DNA from: Candidatus Thermofontivivens primus
GTDB lineage: Bacteria > Sysuimicrobiota > Sysuimicrobiia > Sysuimicrobiales > Thermofontiviventaceae
Length of the DNA stretch: 55,227 bases
Assembly (NCBI GenBank): GCA_031458695.1
Contig: JAVKJW010000012.1
Span: 15,346-70,572, forward strand
Reading direction: 5' to 3'
The position numbers and the translations under genes are program-made. A model generated the notes under the pieces. It did no database searches. It was not told the origin of the DNA and saw nothing but the letters and a program-made list of their open reading frames with translations. Position 1 is the first letter of the stretch. Each line of letters opens with the position of its first letter. Shown one piece after another: positions 34,526 through 44,447 of this stretch.

Positions 34526-35764
34526 GTGGCGAAGGCGCGGACAGTGGTGGGGCTGGATATAGGAACCACCAAGGTATGCGCCGTTGTGGGCGAGATCGAT
34601 GAGGACGGAGAGACTCACATTGTAGGTGTGGGAACCGCGCCCTCACGAGGAGTCCGCAAGGGAGTCGTGGTGGACCTGGACAGCACGACCCATGCCATTG
34701 AGGAGGCAGTGGAACGGGCAGAGCGCATGGCGGGCACCAAGATCCTCTCTGCGTTCGTGGCAGCCAGCGGTGAACACATCAGCTCTCAGAATACGCGGGG
34801 GGTCGTCGCTGTGGCGCGCGGCGACCGCGAGATCGGGGATACTGACGTTGCCCGGGTGATCGAGGCCGCTCGTGTGAGCGCGCTTCCCGCCCAAGACCGG
34901 GAGATTATCCATCTCCTCCCCCGCGATTTCATTATCGATGGGCAGGACGGTGTGAAGAACCCAGTAGGAATGTATGGGAGCCGCCTTGAGGTGGAGGCCC
35001 ACATTGTGACAGGGACGAGCACGCTCCTGGCCAACCTCGTCAAGTGTGTCCAGCGCGCAGGGCTAGAGGTGGAGGAGCTCGTCCTCGAGCCCCTCGCGTC
35101 GAGCGAGGCGGTTCTGACCCCCACCGAGAAGGATCTTGGGGTTATCCTCGCAGATATTGGCGGGGGAACGAGTAGCTTGGGGATCTTCCTTGGCGGGGGG
35201 CTCTGCCACACGGCAGTGCTCCCGGTGGGGGGGAATCACTTGACCAACGACATCGCCGTTGGCCTGCGCACGCCCATGGCAGAGGCAGAGAAGCTGAAAC
35301 TCCGACACGGCGCAGCCATGTCGGCCATGGCCGCGGAGGGGGAACTCATCGAAGTCGTGAACGTGGGAAACGCCAAACCGCGCATCCTCCCCAGGCGGAT
35401 CCTCTGTGAGATTATCGAGCCAAGGCTCGTGGAGATTTTTGACCTGATCAAGGCGCAGATCAAACGGTCCGGGTACGGTGCGTTCCTTGCCGGTGGGATC
35501 GTCCTCACGGGAGGGACAGCTCTCTTGGAAGGGATCTCCGAGCTCGCGTCTCGAGAGCTCGATATGCCCGCGCGAGTAGGGGTGCCTGGGAACGTGATCG
35601 GCCTCATTGATGCCGTAAATAGCCCGATCTATGCGACAGGCGTTGGCCTCGTTCTGTATGGGGCGAGGACGCAGAGAATCGGGCGGGTGAGCCGCACAGC
35701 CATCCGTGGCAGCGTCTGGGTGCGCCTTCGGAATTGGTTGCGGGAGTTCTTCCAAGTCGGCTAA
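34526..35764 (+). CDS. ftsA: Cell division protein FtsA
   Basis: GLDIGTTKV; DIGGGTS; AEKLK; GIVLTGG; YATGVGL; amphipathic C-terminus WLREFF. Confidence 0.97.
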   Translation: MAKARTVVGLDIGTTKVCAVVGEIDEDGETHIVGVGTAPSRGVRKGVVVDLDSTTHAIEEAVERAERMAGTKILSAFVAASGEHISSQNTRGVVAVARGDREIGDTDVARVIEAARVSALPAQDREIIHLLPRDFIIDGQDGVKNPVGMYGSRLEVEAHIVTGTSTLLANLVKCVQRAGLEVEELVLEPLASSEAVLTPTEKDLGVILADIGGGTSSLGIFLGGGLCHTAVLPVGGNHLTNDIAVGLRTPMAEAEKLKLRHGAAMSAMAAEGELIEVVNVGNAKPRILPRRILCEIIEPRLVEIFDLIKAQIKRSGYGAFLAGGIVLTGGTALLEGISELASRELDMPARVGVPGNVIGLIDAVNSPIYATGVGLVLYGARTQRIGRVSRTAIRGSVWVRLRNWLREFFQVG

Positions 35765-35774
35765 TACCTCATGC

Positions 35775-35874
35775 ACTGAGGAGTAAGCAGTGAGGAGTAA
35801 GAGAGCAGGAGACCACGCGGTAGACATGAACATTGCAGAAGGGTCTTTACTCCTCACTTCTCACTGCTCCCTCT
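35775..35874. repeat. Inverted pair of AGTGAGG heptamer arrays between ftsA and ftsZ
   Basis: Left arm ACTGAGG AGTAAGC AGTGAGG AGTAAGA; right arm TTTACT CCTCACT TCTCACT GCTCCCT, its approximate reverse complement. Confidence 0.65.
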
Positions 35875-35957
35875 TCAAGGATCACGGTTGGGAGCAGCTC
35901 AGCTTGTTGGCCCCGGAAGGGGATGCAGAGAATTCTCTCTACAAGGGAGGCGAGGAG

Positions 35958-37016
35958 ATGATCCATCCGGAGCATGATCTCGGCCGGTATGCCACGATTA
36001 AGGTCGTAGGGGTAGGGGGCGGTGGGAGCAACGCGGTGAACCGGATGATCCACGCAGGACTGCGTGGGGTCGAGTTCATCGCCGTCAACACAGATGCTCA
36101 GGCCCTTGCTCTCTCGAACGCCGACCGGAAGATCCACATTGGAGCCAAAATCACCAAAGGTCTTGGGGCTGGTGGGGATCCGGCGATCGGTAGGCAGGCC
36201 GCTGAGGAGAGTCGAGATGAACTCTATGAGGTCCTCCAAGGTTCTGACATGGTCTTCATCACCTGCGGCATGGGTGGGGGTACAGGGACGGGGGGCGCTC
36301 CGGTGATCGCCGCGATCGCTCGAGAAGTGGGAGCGCTCACCATTGGCGTCGTCACGAAACCGTTCACCTTTGAGGGTCGGCGGCGTATGACCACAGCGGA
36401 GGAGGGGATCCGGGCACTCAAACAGCAGGTGAACACCCTCATTACCATCCCCAACGACCGGTTGCTCCAGATTGTGGACAAGTCGGTGACCATGATCGAA
36501 GCCTTCCGGGTCGCCGATGACGTGCTCCGCCAGGGCGTCCAGGGCATTGCAGACTTGATCACCGTGCCCGGCCTGATCAACCTGGACTTCGCGGATGTGC
36601 GCACGGTGATGGCCGAGGCCGGCGCTGCCCTCATTGGCATCGGTGTCGCCTCGGGGGAGAACCGGGCGGTGCGGGCCGCTCAGGCGGCCATCAGCAGCCC
36701 TCTCTTGGAGACCTCGATGGACGGAGCAAGAGGGGTTCTCTTCAACGTCACAGGCGGCCTGGATTTGGGGCTCCTTGAGGTGAGCGAGGCTGCGGAGATC
36801 ATCCAAAAGGCAGCCGATCCCGATGCCAACATCATCTTCGGTGCGGTGATCGATGAGAAGCTCGAGGGCGAGGTCCGGATCACGGTCATCGCGACAGGCT
36901 TCGATCAAGCCAAGCCGAAGGAGGAGCAGATCCAGGCGATCGCTGAGCAGGTGGCCACGAATAGCCATATCTCCGTGGAGGACCTGGAGATCCCCGCCTT
37001 CCTACGGAAGAGGTAG
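35958..37016 (+). CDS. ftsZ: Cell division protein FtsZ
   Basis: [33 protein letters not shown]-terminal [23 protein letters not shown] before the ATG at 35958. Confidence 0.98.
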   Translation: MIHPEHDLGRYATIKVVGVGGGGSNAVNRMIHAGLRGVEFIAVNTDAQALALSNADRKIHIGAKITKGLGAGGDPAIGRQAAEESRDELYEVLQGSDMVFITCGMGGGTGTGGAPVIAAIAREVGALTIGVVTKPFTFEGRRRMTTAEEGIRALKQQVNTLITIPNDRLLQIVDKSVTMIEAFRVADDVLRQGVQGIADLITVPGLINLDFADVRTVMAEAGAALIGIGVASGENRAVRAAQAAISSPLLETSMDGARGVLFNVTGGLDLGLLEVSEAAEIIQKAADPDANIIFGAVIDEKLEGEVRITVIATGFDQAKPKEEQIQAIAEQVATNSHISVEDLEIPAFLRKR

Positions 37017-37038
37017 GGATCGCACGAGGACAAAAGCG

Positions 37039-38112
37039 ATGAGCGTGGAGTTCTTGTGGCGTCTTGAGGAGATCCGGCAGATCATCGACCAGGTCTTCCC
37101 CGTTACCGAGATCTGGTTCGATGGAGGAAAGCCCATCTTCGCCGTCTACCTTGCCGGGGACACGAAGGCTCGCTTCTTGGCGTTGAAGGAACGCCTGGAG
37201 ACCCTGGGCTACCTCCCCTTACTCCGGTACCGCGATGGGATGGCCGTGATCGCCCTGATGCCCAAACCACCGCGGGGGCAGTGGCGCTGGCAAGTGAACC
37301 TGCTCCTCTTCGTGGGAACCCTCCTCACTACCTTTCTTGCAGGGTATTTCAATTTCCGGGAGGATGCCCTTGCAGGGTACCTCCCGAGCGCGGCGATGGG
37401 TGGGCTCACCTTTTCCCTCTCTCTGATGCTCATCCTCGTGTGTCACGAGATGGGCCATAAGGTCATTTCCGTCTTGCGTGGGATTGACGCGAGCTTGCCC
37501 TACTTCATTCCTGTGCCCCCGCTCCCGGGTGGGCTTTCCATCGGGACCCTGGGGGCAGTCATTGTCACGAGAACTCCCGCCCCCAACCGCGATGCACTGA
37601 TCGACCTCGGTGCTTCGGGTCCCATTGCAGGGTTCTTGGTGACGATCCCTATCTTGGCCATTGGGATCTCCCGCTCCGTAGTCCTCACACAACCCATCCC
37701 AGGTCCTACCCTCCCTACACCCTTACTCATCGACCTGATGCTTCGCTGGATCTTGCACCCCCCCGAGAACGCGGTGGTACTTGTCCATCCCATGGTCTTC
37801 GCCGGGTGGATCGGGCTTCTCGTTACCGCTTTAAACCTCCTCCCCGCGAGTATGCTGGACGGGGGGCACGTGGCACGATCCCTCCTGGGGAGTCGTCTTC
37901 ATATGATCGTTTCTTACGGAGCTGTCGCCCTGGCGATCCTGCTCGGGTACTGGCCCATGGGATTGTTGATCCTCTTCATGATCCGCCGCGGCCATCCGGG
38001 TCCTCTTGATGATATCTCGACGGTCAGCCCGTTCCGAAGGGTGGTTGCGCTTGCCCTCGTGGTGATCTTCATCCTGAGCGCGGTCCCTCTCCTCCCCATT
38101 CGGATGTTCTAG
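37039..38112 (+). CDS. Site-2 protease family (M50) membrane metalloprotease
   Basis: HEMGH zinc motif; PYFIP..IGTLGAVI; DLGASGPIAG; LNLLPASMLDGGH. Confidence 0.92.
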   Translation: MSVEFLWRLEEIRQIIDQVFPVTEIWFDGGKPIFAVYLAGDTKARFLALKERLETLGYLPLLRYRDGMAVIALMPKPPRGQWRWQVNLLLFVGTLLTTFLAGYFNFREDALAGYLPSAAMGGLTFSLSLMLILVCHEMGHKVISVLRGIDASLPYFIPVPPLPGGLSIGTLGAVIVTRTPAPNRDALIDLGASGPIAGFLVTIPILAIGISRSVVLTQPIPGPTLPTPLLIDLMLRWILHPPENAVVLVHPMVFAGWIGLLVTALNLLPASMLDGGHVARSLLGSRLHMIVSYGAVALAILLGYWPMGLLILFMIRRGHPGPLDDISTVSPFRRVVALALVVIFILSAVPLLPIRMF

Positions 38113-38332
38113 TGGCTCAGCAAAAGTCTTTCATGCATGCTTTGCCGAAGGCTCCTCCTGAAGAACCAGGCCTTTTGGCGAAACTCTGTCAAAAAAGATT
38201 CCGCCGCGGCCACGTAGAACTTATCCAGGAAAAGATCATGCAAAGGACCAGGCTGGGAATCCAGCGGAGTGAGGAAGCCGCGAGGCTCTCCCCCAGAGCG
38301 GACATGGGCGAGGCCAACCTTTCTGGGAAGCA

Positions 38333-39145
38333 ATGATGCACGAAGCGATCACCGTTGAGGGCTTGTCCAAGTGGTTCGGCAGGTTTCCAGCTGTCCGGAA
38401 CCTCTCCTTCGCCTGCGCGAGAGGGGAGGTCCTGGGCCTCCTTGGTCCCAACGGCGCAGGAAAGACGACAACGTTGCGCATCCTTGCTACCGTCCTGCGT
38501 CCCACGAGCGGAGTTGCCCGCGTCCTGGGCTACGACGTCGTCCGCCAGGCGAGGGAAGTGCGGAGATCCATCGGGGTCCTCACGGAGCACTCTGGGTTGT
38601 ACGGGCGTCTCACCCCTCGCGAGCTACTCTGGTACTTCGGTCGCCTGTATGGCCTCCCTGAAGAGGTCCTGGCGAAGCGGGTCGCGTTCCTCCTTGAGAC
38701 CCTCGACCTTGGGGAAGTGGCGGACAAGCCTGCTGAGGGGCTTTCCAGGGGCACCAGGCAAAAAGTTGCCTTAGCCAGGGCCCTCGTCCATAATCCCCCT
38801 GTCCTCCTCCTCGACGAACCCACCTTTGGACTGGACGTCTTTGCTGCAAGACAGGTCAGGGAGTTCATCCGCCAATTCCGGGAGGAGGGGCGAGCAATCC
38901 TCCTCTCTACCCATCTCATGGAGGAAGCGGAACGCCTTTGTGACCGAGTGGCCATCCTCAACCATGGAAGGCTCATTGCCCTGGGGACCCTGGAGGAGCT
39001 CCGGCGCGCCAGTGGCTTAGGAAGGCTAGAGGAGATCTTCTTGCGGGCTGTAGGGGATGACCCGGCTGAGCCGTCCTCCCAGAATCGGGAAATGGATACC
39101 TGCGGGGACCTCCCCACAGGGAATGCTCCGGGGAGAAAAGGATAG
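38333..39145 (+). CDS. ABC transporter ATPase, NatA-like
   Basis: GPNGAGKTT; LSRGTRQKVALARALVHNP; LDEPT; STH. Confidence 0.9.
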   Translation: MMHEAITVEGLSKWFGRFPAVRNLSFACARGEVLGLLGPNGAGKTTTLRILATVLRPTSGVARVLGYDVVRQAREVRRSIGVLTEHSGLYGRLTPRELLWYFGRLYGLPEEVLAKRVAFLLETLDLGEVADKPAEGLSRGTRQKVALARALVHNPPVLLLDEPTFGLDVFAARQVREFIRQFREEGRAILLSTHLMEEAERLCDRVAILNHGRLIALGTLEELRRASGLGRLEEIFLRAVGDDPAEPSSQNREMDTCGDLPTGNAPGRKG

Positions 39146-39154
39146 ACGGGTACG

Positions 39155-40306
39155 ATGCGCCCTTTCTGGGTGATCTTTTTGAAAGAGGTGCGCGAGGCGA
39201 GCAGGGATCGCCGCACGCTCCTGACCTCCTTCCTTCTGCCGATTCTCCTCGTCCCCTTGCTGGTCCTAGGGTTTCCCGCGCTGGCAAGGCGTCAGGAGAA
39301 GGCCCTCTGGGAGAAGCCCGCCAAGGTGGCCATCGTAGGAGAGGAGGCGAGGGAGCTCATCGCTGAGGGCCTGCGAATGGGGATTCTTGAAGAGGTACCA
39401 GGAAGGGTGAGCGAAGTGGACATCCAGCGCGGGAGGGTGGATGTGATCCTCGCTGTCCCTCCAGATTACCGGGAGCGTCTCCATGCGGGGAAGGCGGCGG
39501 TAACGGTCATCTTCGATGGGCTAGAGCCTCGCTCGGCCGTGGCCAAGGAGAAACTTCTGAGGATCCTGACGACATCCCTTCTCAGGTACGCACGGGCTCC
39601 TGTCGTTTCTCCCCCGGCGATCCAAGAGCGGAACCTAGCGGTGGAACGCCAGACAGGGAACGTGGTGCTGGCAAATCTCTTGCCCTTCCTTGTCGCTGTC
39701 TGGGCTGTGCTCGGGGGGATGCACAGTGCCGTGGATGTCGCAGCGGGGGAGAAGGAGCGAGGCACCCTGGAGAGTCTCCTTGTGACCCCTCCTTCGCGCC
39801 TTCAACTCCTCCTAGGGAAGTTCCTTGCCGTGCTCGCCACTACGATCGTGGCCATTCTCCTGGTCCTTGGGTCTACCCTGGTTGCCCTGCGCTGGATAGC
39901 CCCCTCCCCAGTGGGGGTACCTTCTGGGCTGCGGTTCGGGGTAGGGACCTTCGGAGTTCTGCTCTGGATCGCATTCCTCCTGAGCAGTCTGACGAGCGGC
40001 CTTGCCCTTACGCTGAGCCTTCTTAGCCGGTCCATCCGCGAGGCCCAGCAATACCTCATCCCCCTCTATCTGGTAGTGGCTCTCCCCGGGATGGCCGTGC
40101 AGTTCCTCTCGCGCTGGCAACGGGAACCTTGGGCGTACCTTCTCCCGGTGTTCAACACCCTCTTCGCTGCCAGGGCCCTTCTCCTCCAGGTACTCCAGGG
40201 GGAGCACCTCCTGTTGATGACCCTGACGAGCGCGCTCTATGCTGCCGGGGCATTCACTTTGGCTTGGTACGCCTTCTCCAGGGAGGACGTCGTTTTCAGA
40301 GCATAG
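39155..40306 (+). CDS. ABC-2 type permease, NatB-like
   Basis: KEVREASRDRRTL; AGEKERGTLESLLVTP; LLGK; RSIREAQQY. Confidence 0.9.
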   Translation: MRPFWVIFLKEVREASRDRRTLLTSFLLPILLVPLLVLGFPALARRQEKALWEKPAKVAIVGEEARELIAEGLRMGILEEVPGRVSEVDIQRGRVDVILAVPPDYRERLHAGKAAVTVIFDGLEPRSAVAKEKLLRILTTSLLRYARAPVVSPPAIQERNLAVERQTGNVVLANLLPFLVAVWAVLGGMHSAVDVAAGEKERGTLESLLVTPPSRLQLLLGKFLAVLATTIVAILLVLGSTLVALRWIAPSPVGVPSGLRFGVGTFGVLLWIAFLLSSLTSGLALTLSLLSRSIREAQQYLIPLYLVVALPGMAVQFLSRWQREPWAYLLPVFNTLFAARALLLQVLQGEHLLLMTLTSALYAAGAFTLAWYAFSREDVVFRA

Positions 40307-40342
40307 ACCACAAAACCCAGCGAAAACCCTCTTCCTTCTCCC

Positions 40343-40371
40343 TTGCCTACTAAATCTTGGCATGCTACACT
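40343..40371 (+). promoter_or_regulatory. Sigma-70-type promoter of nrdR-nrdJ
   Basis: TTGCCT-N17-TACACT with an extended -10 TG. Confidence 0.65.
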
Positions 40372-40393
40372 GTTCTTGCTCAAGATCTAGGTG
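40347..40393 (+). promoter_or_regulatory. Tandem NrdR boxes
   Basis: ctaCTAAATCTTGgca (40347) and gctCAAGATCTAGgtg (40378) fit the CwAtATaTwG core, lie 31 bp apart and overlap the promoter. Confidence 0.75.
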
Positions 40394-40450
40394 AGGATGA
40401 ACCCAAGAGCGAACAGCTGTTGGGTAAGACCCCTCCGGGGAAGGATCGAC

Positions 40451-40969
40451 GTGCGGTGCCCCTTCTGCGATTACGAGGAGACAAAGGTGCTCGATTCCCG
40501 TCCGGTGGAGGAGGGGACGGTGATTCGTCGCCGCAGGGAGTGCCAGCGGTGTTCCCGGCGGTTCACAACCTATGAGAGGGTGGAGATGACCCCTCTCATG
40601 GTGATCAAGCGAGATGGACGGCGGGAGCCATTCAACAGAAACAAGATCCTCCAAGGGCTGATTCGTGCCGCTCAGAAACGTCCCATTCCCATGGAGGCAC
40701 TCGAACAGATCGCCTTCGAGGTGGAGCGCGAGTTTCGAGATAGGGGAGAGCAGGAAGTGACCTCCTTGGCCATCGGCGAGGCAGTGATGGAGAGGCTTCG
40801 GAAACTCGATGAGGTGGCGTACGTCCGGTTTGCCTCTGTCTACCGCCGGTTCGCAGACGCCGACAGCGTGATCGAGGCCATCGAGGAGCTCAGGGCCCGC
40901 AAGCGGCGCGAGGAGGAGCTTCGTACCCAGGTCCTCCTGCCCCTGGGGGACGATCACAACAAAGCCTAA
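40451..40969 (+). CDS. nrdR: Transcriptional repressor NrdR
   Basis: MRCPFC; KVLDSR; IRRRREC..CSRRFTTYE; ATP-cone VIKRDGRREPF; DEVAYVRFASVY. Confidence 0.97.
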   Translation: MRCPFCDYEETKVLDSRPVEEGTVIRRRRECQRCSRRFTTYERVEMTPLMVIKRDGRREPFNRNKILQGLIRAAQKRPIPMEALEQIAFEVEREFRDRGEQEVTSLAIGEAVMERLRKLDEVAYVRFASVYRRFADADSVIEAIEELRARKRREEELRTQVLLPLGDDHNKA

Positions 40970-40971
40970 CG

Positions 40972-41009
40972 CCCGGAAGGAGAGGAGCTCTCCTTTCGGG
41001 TCTCTTTGT
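40972..41009 (+). terminator. Hairpin between nrdR and nrdJ (weak terminator or stabiliser)
   Basis: CCCGGAAGGAGAG-gag-CTCTCCTTTCGGG followed by TCTCTTTGT. Confidence 0.45.
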
Positions 41010-41068
41010 CTCTAAAGCATCCCGTTGTAGGATTCACAGAAGTTTCCGGTAAGGGGAGGAGTGGCGAG

Positions 41069-43555
41069 ATGGAAGAATCCCGGACCACCAAGCAAGCAGA
41101 GGCAGCGGTGCCTGATCTCCCTCAGGAGACCCTCGCTGCATTCGAAGGAGATGAGCTCCGCGCGCGCATCTTCTATGACAAGTATGCCATGCGGGACGAA
41201 GCAGGTCGGGTGGTCGAGCGGACCCCGGAGGAGATGTGGAGAAGGGTGGCGCGGGAGATCGCCTCGGTGGAACCAGATGAGCTGAGACGAGCGGAGTGGG
41301 AGAGGAAGTTCACCTGGCTCCTGGAGGACTTCCGCTTCATCCCGGGAGGCCGGATCTTGCACGGGGCAGGGAACCCTCGGAGGGTCACGTTGCTGAACTG
41401 CTATGTCATTCCTATCTGCGAGGACTCCATTGAGGCCATCTTCGAATGGATGAAGGAGGCGGCGCGCACCTATTCCTTTGGAGGTGGAGTGGGCACGGAC
41501 ATCAGCGTGCTCCGCCCGAAAGGTTCGCCGGTCCACAACGCAGCCAGGAGTAGCACGGGCTCCGTTTCCTTTATGGAGCTGTTCTCCCTGACGACGGGGA
41601 CCATTGGCCAGAGTGGACGCCGCGGTGCGCTCATGATCACCATCGCCGACAGCCATCCCGACGTCCTGGACTTCATTAAAGTGAAGCGGAACCTTACGAG
41701 CGTCCGGTACGCCAACATCAGTGTGCGCGTCAGCGATGCCTTCATGCAGGCTGTAAGTGAGGATGGGATGTGGGACCTGTGGTTCCAGAACGAGCGGGTC
41801 TCTGTCCGCAAGAAGGTGAAGGCGCGGGAGATCTGGGAGGAGCTGATCCGGGGAGCCAGGGACTACGCTGAGCCCGGCGTCATCTTCTGGGACACTGTCA
41901 AGCGCTTCAGCACCTCCGAGTACAATGGGATGCAAGTGATCACGACCAATCCGTGCAGCGAGATCCCATTGGAGCCGTATGGATGCTGCTGTCTTGGGAA
42001 CGTGAACCTCTCGGCATTCGTCCTCGATCCCTTTACGCCAAGGGCGCGCATTGATTGGGAATCGTTGGAACCGGCGCTCAGGTATGCGACACGCTTTTTG
42101 GACAACGTGCTCGAGTACAACCGGGAGAAGCACCCCCTGCCGCAGCAGCGGGAGGCAAGCTTACGGAGCCGCAGGATCGGCGTGGGGTTCACGGGGCTAG
42201 GGGACATGCTCATCAAGCTCCGCCTGAAGTACGACACCCCTGAGGCCATCGATTTCGTGGATCGCCTGTTCGAGCAGATCAAGAACATCGTCTACGACGA
42301 AAGCGTGAACCTAGCCATAGAGAAGGGCGTCTTCCCGGCCTTCTCTCTCCACGAACACCTACGGAGCCCGTTCATCCAGAGCCTGGATCCAAGGGTGATC
42401 GAACGGATCCGGCAGCACGGGCTCCGGAATGTCGCACTCCTCACCGTCCCTCCCGTTGGGAGCGGAGCGGCCCTAGCAGGAGTGACGAGCGGTATCGAGC
42501 CGGTGTTCGACCTCTTCTACACCCGGCGGTCGGAGTCGCTGTCCAAAGGGTACTTCAAGGTCTTCCACCCGCTGGTCAAGGAGTACATGGAGCGCTTCGA
42601 GCTTGCCTCCGAGGAGGAGCTCCCCGAGTACTTCGTGACCGCACACAGGATCAAGCCAGAGATGCGGGTCCAGATGCAGGCGACGATCCAGCGGCATATC
42701 GACCATAGCATAAGCAGTACCGTCAACCTGCCCAGGGAGACCTCTCCGGAGGAGGTAGAGCGTATCTACTTCCTGGCATGGAAGCTGGGGTGCAAGGGGA
42801 TCACCGTCTACCGCGAGGGGAGTCGGGAAGGGATCCTGCTCACCGAGGAGGAAGCGCGGAAGGCGCGCGAACGGGTGGTCATTCCGCAAGAACCAGCTCC
42901 ATCTCAGGGGGAGAAAGCAGGTGAACCGGTCCGTGCCACACCGCGACCACGTCCCAAGGTGACCCATGGGAGGACTGAGCGTATCGAGACACCGCGCGGG
43001 CGGATCTATGTGACCATCAATGAGGACGAGATGGGGATCTGTGAGGTATTTGTGAAGTCCCTGGACGTTGAGGCGGAGGCTATTGGGAGGCTTGCTTCCC
43101 TGGCCTTACGTGCAGGCGTCGACCCGCGCGAAATCATTGAGCAACTTTGGCGGGTCCAGAGCACAGAGGTGGCCATGGACCGGAGCACCGATGGCACCGT
43201 GGTCCGCATCACCACCATCGCCCAGGGAGTTGCCCTGGCTCTTGGTCGGGCCCTTTACGGGGACGGCTTCCGGCCCGATAAAGAGTTCCCTCTCGCCTCC
43301 ACGCTCCCGGCCCCGGGTCCCAGGTATAGGCAGGAGATGCTGCGGTTCCGGGGTGAAGCCATCCCTGGCCCCAGCGATGAACCGGAGGGGCGAGGACAAC
43401 AAATGGCTTTTCCACAGCAGCTTGAGCAGGAAGTGAGTACTTCCAGGAACGGGGATATCCTGGAATTCGTGGGGGTCTGCCCGGACTGCGGGGCTCGGCT
43501 GGTGTACGAGAACGGGTGTACCCTCTGCCGCCTGTGCGGCTACTCACGTTGCTGA
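41069..43555 (+). CDS. nrdJ: Class II (adenosylcobalamin-dependent) ribonucleotide reductase with C-terminal TSCPD-like domain and Cys cluster
   Basis: LLNCYV; GGGVG; RRGALM; EPGVIF; TNPCSE; GVGFTGLGD; SGIEP; KGITVYR; CPDCG..CTLCRLCGYSRC; no small-subunit gene adjacent. Confidence 0.93.
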   Translation: MEESRTTKQAEAAVPDLPQETLAAFEGDELRARIFYDKYAMRDEAGRVVERTPEEMWRRVAREIASVEPDELRRAEWERKFTWLLEDFRFIPGGRILHGAGNPRRVTLLNCYVIPICEDSIEAIFEWMKEAARTYSFGGGVGTDISVLRPKGSPVHNAARSSTGSVSFMELFSLTTGTIGQSGRRGALMITIADSHPDVLDFIKVKRNLTSVRYANISVRVSDAFMQAVSEDGMWDLWFQNERVSVRKKVKAREIWEELIRGARDYAEPGVIFWDTVKRFSTSEYNGMQVITTNPCSEIPLEPYGCCCLGNVNLSAFVLDPFTPRARIDWESLEPALRYATRFLDNVLEYNREKHPLPQQREASLRSRRIGVGFTGLGDMLIKLRLKYDTPEAIDFVDRLFEQIKNIVYDESVNLAIEKGVFPAFSLHEHLRSPFIQSLDPRVIERIRQHGLRNVALLTVPPVGSGAALAGVTSGIEPVFDLFYTRRSESLSKGYFKVFHPLVKEYMERFELASEEELPEYFVTAHRIKPEMRVQMQATIQRHIDHSISSTVNLPRETSPEEVERIYFLAWKLGCKGITVYREGSREGILLTEEEARKARERVVIPQEPAPSQGEKAGEPVRATPRPRPKVTHGRTERIETPRGRIYVTINEDEMGICEVFVKSLDVEAEAIGRLASLALRAGVDPREIIEQLWRVQSTEVAMDRSTDGTVVRITTIAQGVALALGRALYGDGFRPDKEFPLASTLPAPGPRYRQEMLRFRGEAIPGPSDEPEGRGQQMAFPQQLEQEVSTSRNGDILEFVGVCPDCGARLVYENGCTLCRLCGYSRC

Positions 43556-43563
43556 GGCTCCTT

Positions 43564-43593
43564 TTGACAACGCACCTCTCACCTTCCTACAAT
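43564..43593 (+). promoter_or_regulatory. Sigma-70-type promoter
   Basis: TTGACA-N18-TACAAT upstream of the cysteine hydrolase leader. Confidence 0.7.
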
Positions 43594-43701
43594 TCGTGAT
43601 GGGTTTTATCCACACGTCTTGGGCCTTTGGCGAAATCGTTGAAGGAGAGTCCTCTGCGGACTCGAACACCATTTCGCTGGGGGCCAAAGGGGGGATTCGA
43701 G

Positions 43702-44316
43702 GTGAAGGTGGAGGTTCCAGAGTACACCGTTCAGTCCGAGGTGGAGGTGGACCCGAAGACGACGGCCCTTATCGTGGTGGACATGCAGAATGACTTCGTC
43801 AAGCCCGGCGGCAAGCTTGTGGTTCCCGATGCGGAGAAGACGATCCCTGCCATCCGTCGCCTGCTTGATTTCGCCAGGGAGCATGGGCTAGCAGTTTTCT
43901 TCACCCAAGATACCCACGGGAAAGAGGACCCCGAGTTTGCCATCTGGGGAGAACACGTCGTGGAAGGGACCTGGGGATGGCAGATCGTGGAGGAGCTGGC
44001 CCCGCGGGAGGGAGAGCGGGTGATCCGGAAGTTGCGCTACGATGGGTTCTTTGGTACCTCCCTCGATCACGAGCTCCGGCTGCGTCAGATCAAAAACGTG
44101 ATTGTCTGTGGGACAGTGGCCAATATCTGTGTCCACTACACGGCGGCGAGCGCTGCCCTCCACGGATACCAGGTCATCCTGCCCATCGATGCCATCTCGG
44201 CGCTCAACGAGTTCGACATGCAGGCAGCCATCCGCCAGGCTAGCTTTCTGTTCCGGGCGATCATCACCACATCCGATGCCCTGCGCGCAAGCAGCCCTGC
44301 CGGAGCGCATGGATGA
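43702..44316 (+). CDS. Isochorismatase/nicotinamidase-like cysteine hydrolase
   Basis: Catalytic D-K-C triad: VVDMQNDF, IRKLRYDGF, ANICVHYTA; QDTH metal motif; GTG start after AGGGGGG. Confidence 0.9.
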   Translation: MKVEVPEYTVQSEVEVDPKTTALIVVDMQNDFVKPGGKLVVPDAEKTIPAIRRLLDFAREHGLAVFFTQDTHGKEDPEFAIWGEHVVEGTWGWQIVEELAPREGERVIRKLRYDGFFGTSLDHELRLRQIKNVIVCGTVANICVHYTAASAALHGYQVILPIDAISALNEFDMQAAIRQASFLFRAIITTSDALRASSPAGAHG

Positions 44317-44366
44317 ACGAGCCCAGCGAGCTCCTCTGGCAGGATTTCAAGGGATACCTTCGTGGT

Positions 44367-44395
44367 GCAGGAATTCCATGAGTACCGTGCGAACC
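44367..44395 (+). promoter_or_regulatory. Sigma-H-like promoter candidate upstream of the phnD-like gene
   Basis: GCAGGA-attccatgagtaccgtgc(18)-GAACC. Confidence 0.5.
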
Positions 44396-44447
44396 TAGAC
44401 CCTGGAAAGATTGCAAGGAAAGTATCTGAAATTGGAGGAGGTGGAGC

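Noticed and set aside
35790..35957. 56-aa N-terminal extension of FtsZ
   Set aside because: It is translated repeat and spacer DNA; a strong RBS precedes the ATG at 35958.
38112..38336. 74-aa ORF between the protease and the ABC ATPase
   Set aside because: No RBS or motif; the region has a hairpin and a promoter-like sequence. It fills the gap exactly, so it is not fully excluded.
41069..43555. Intein or intron in nrdJ
   Set aside because: Continuous motifs, ordinary length, no intein splice motifs seen.
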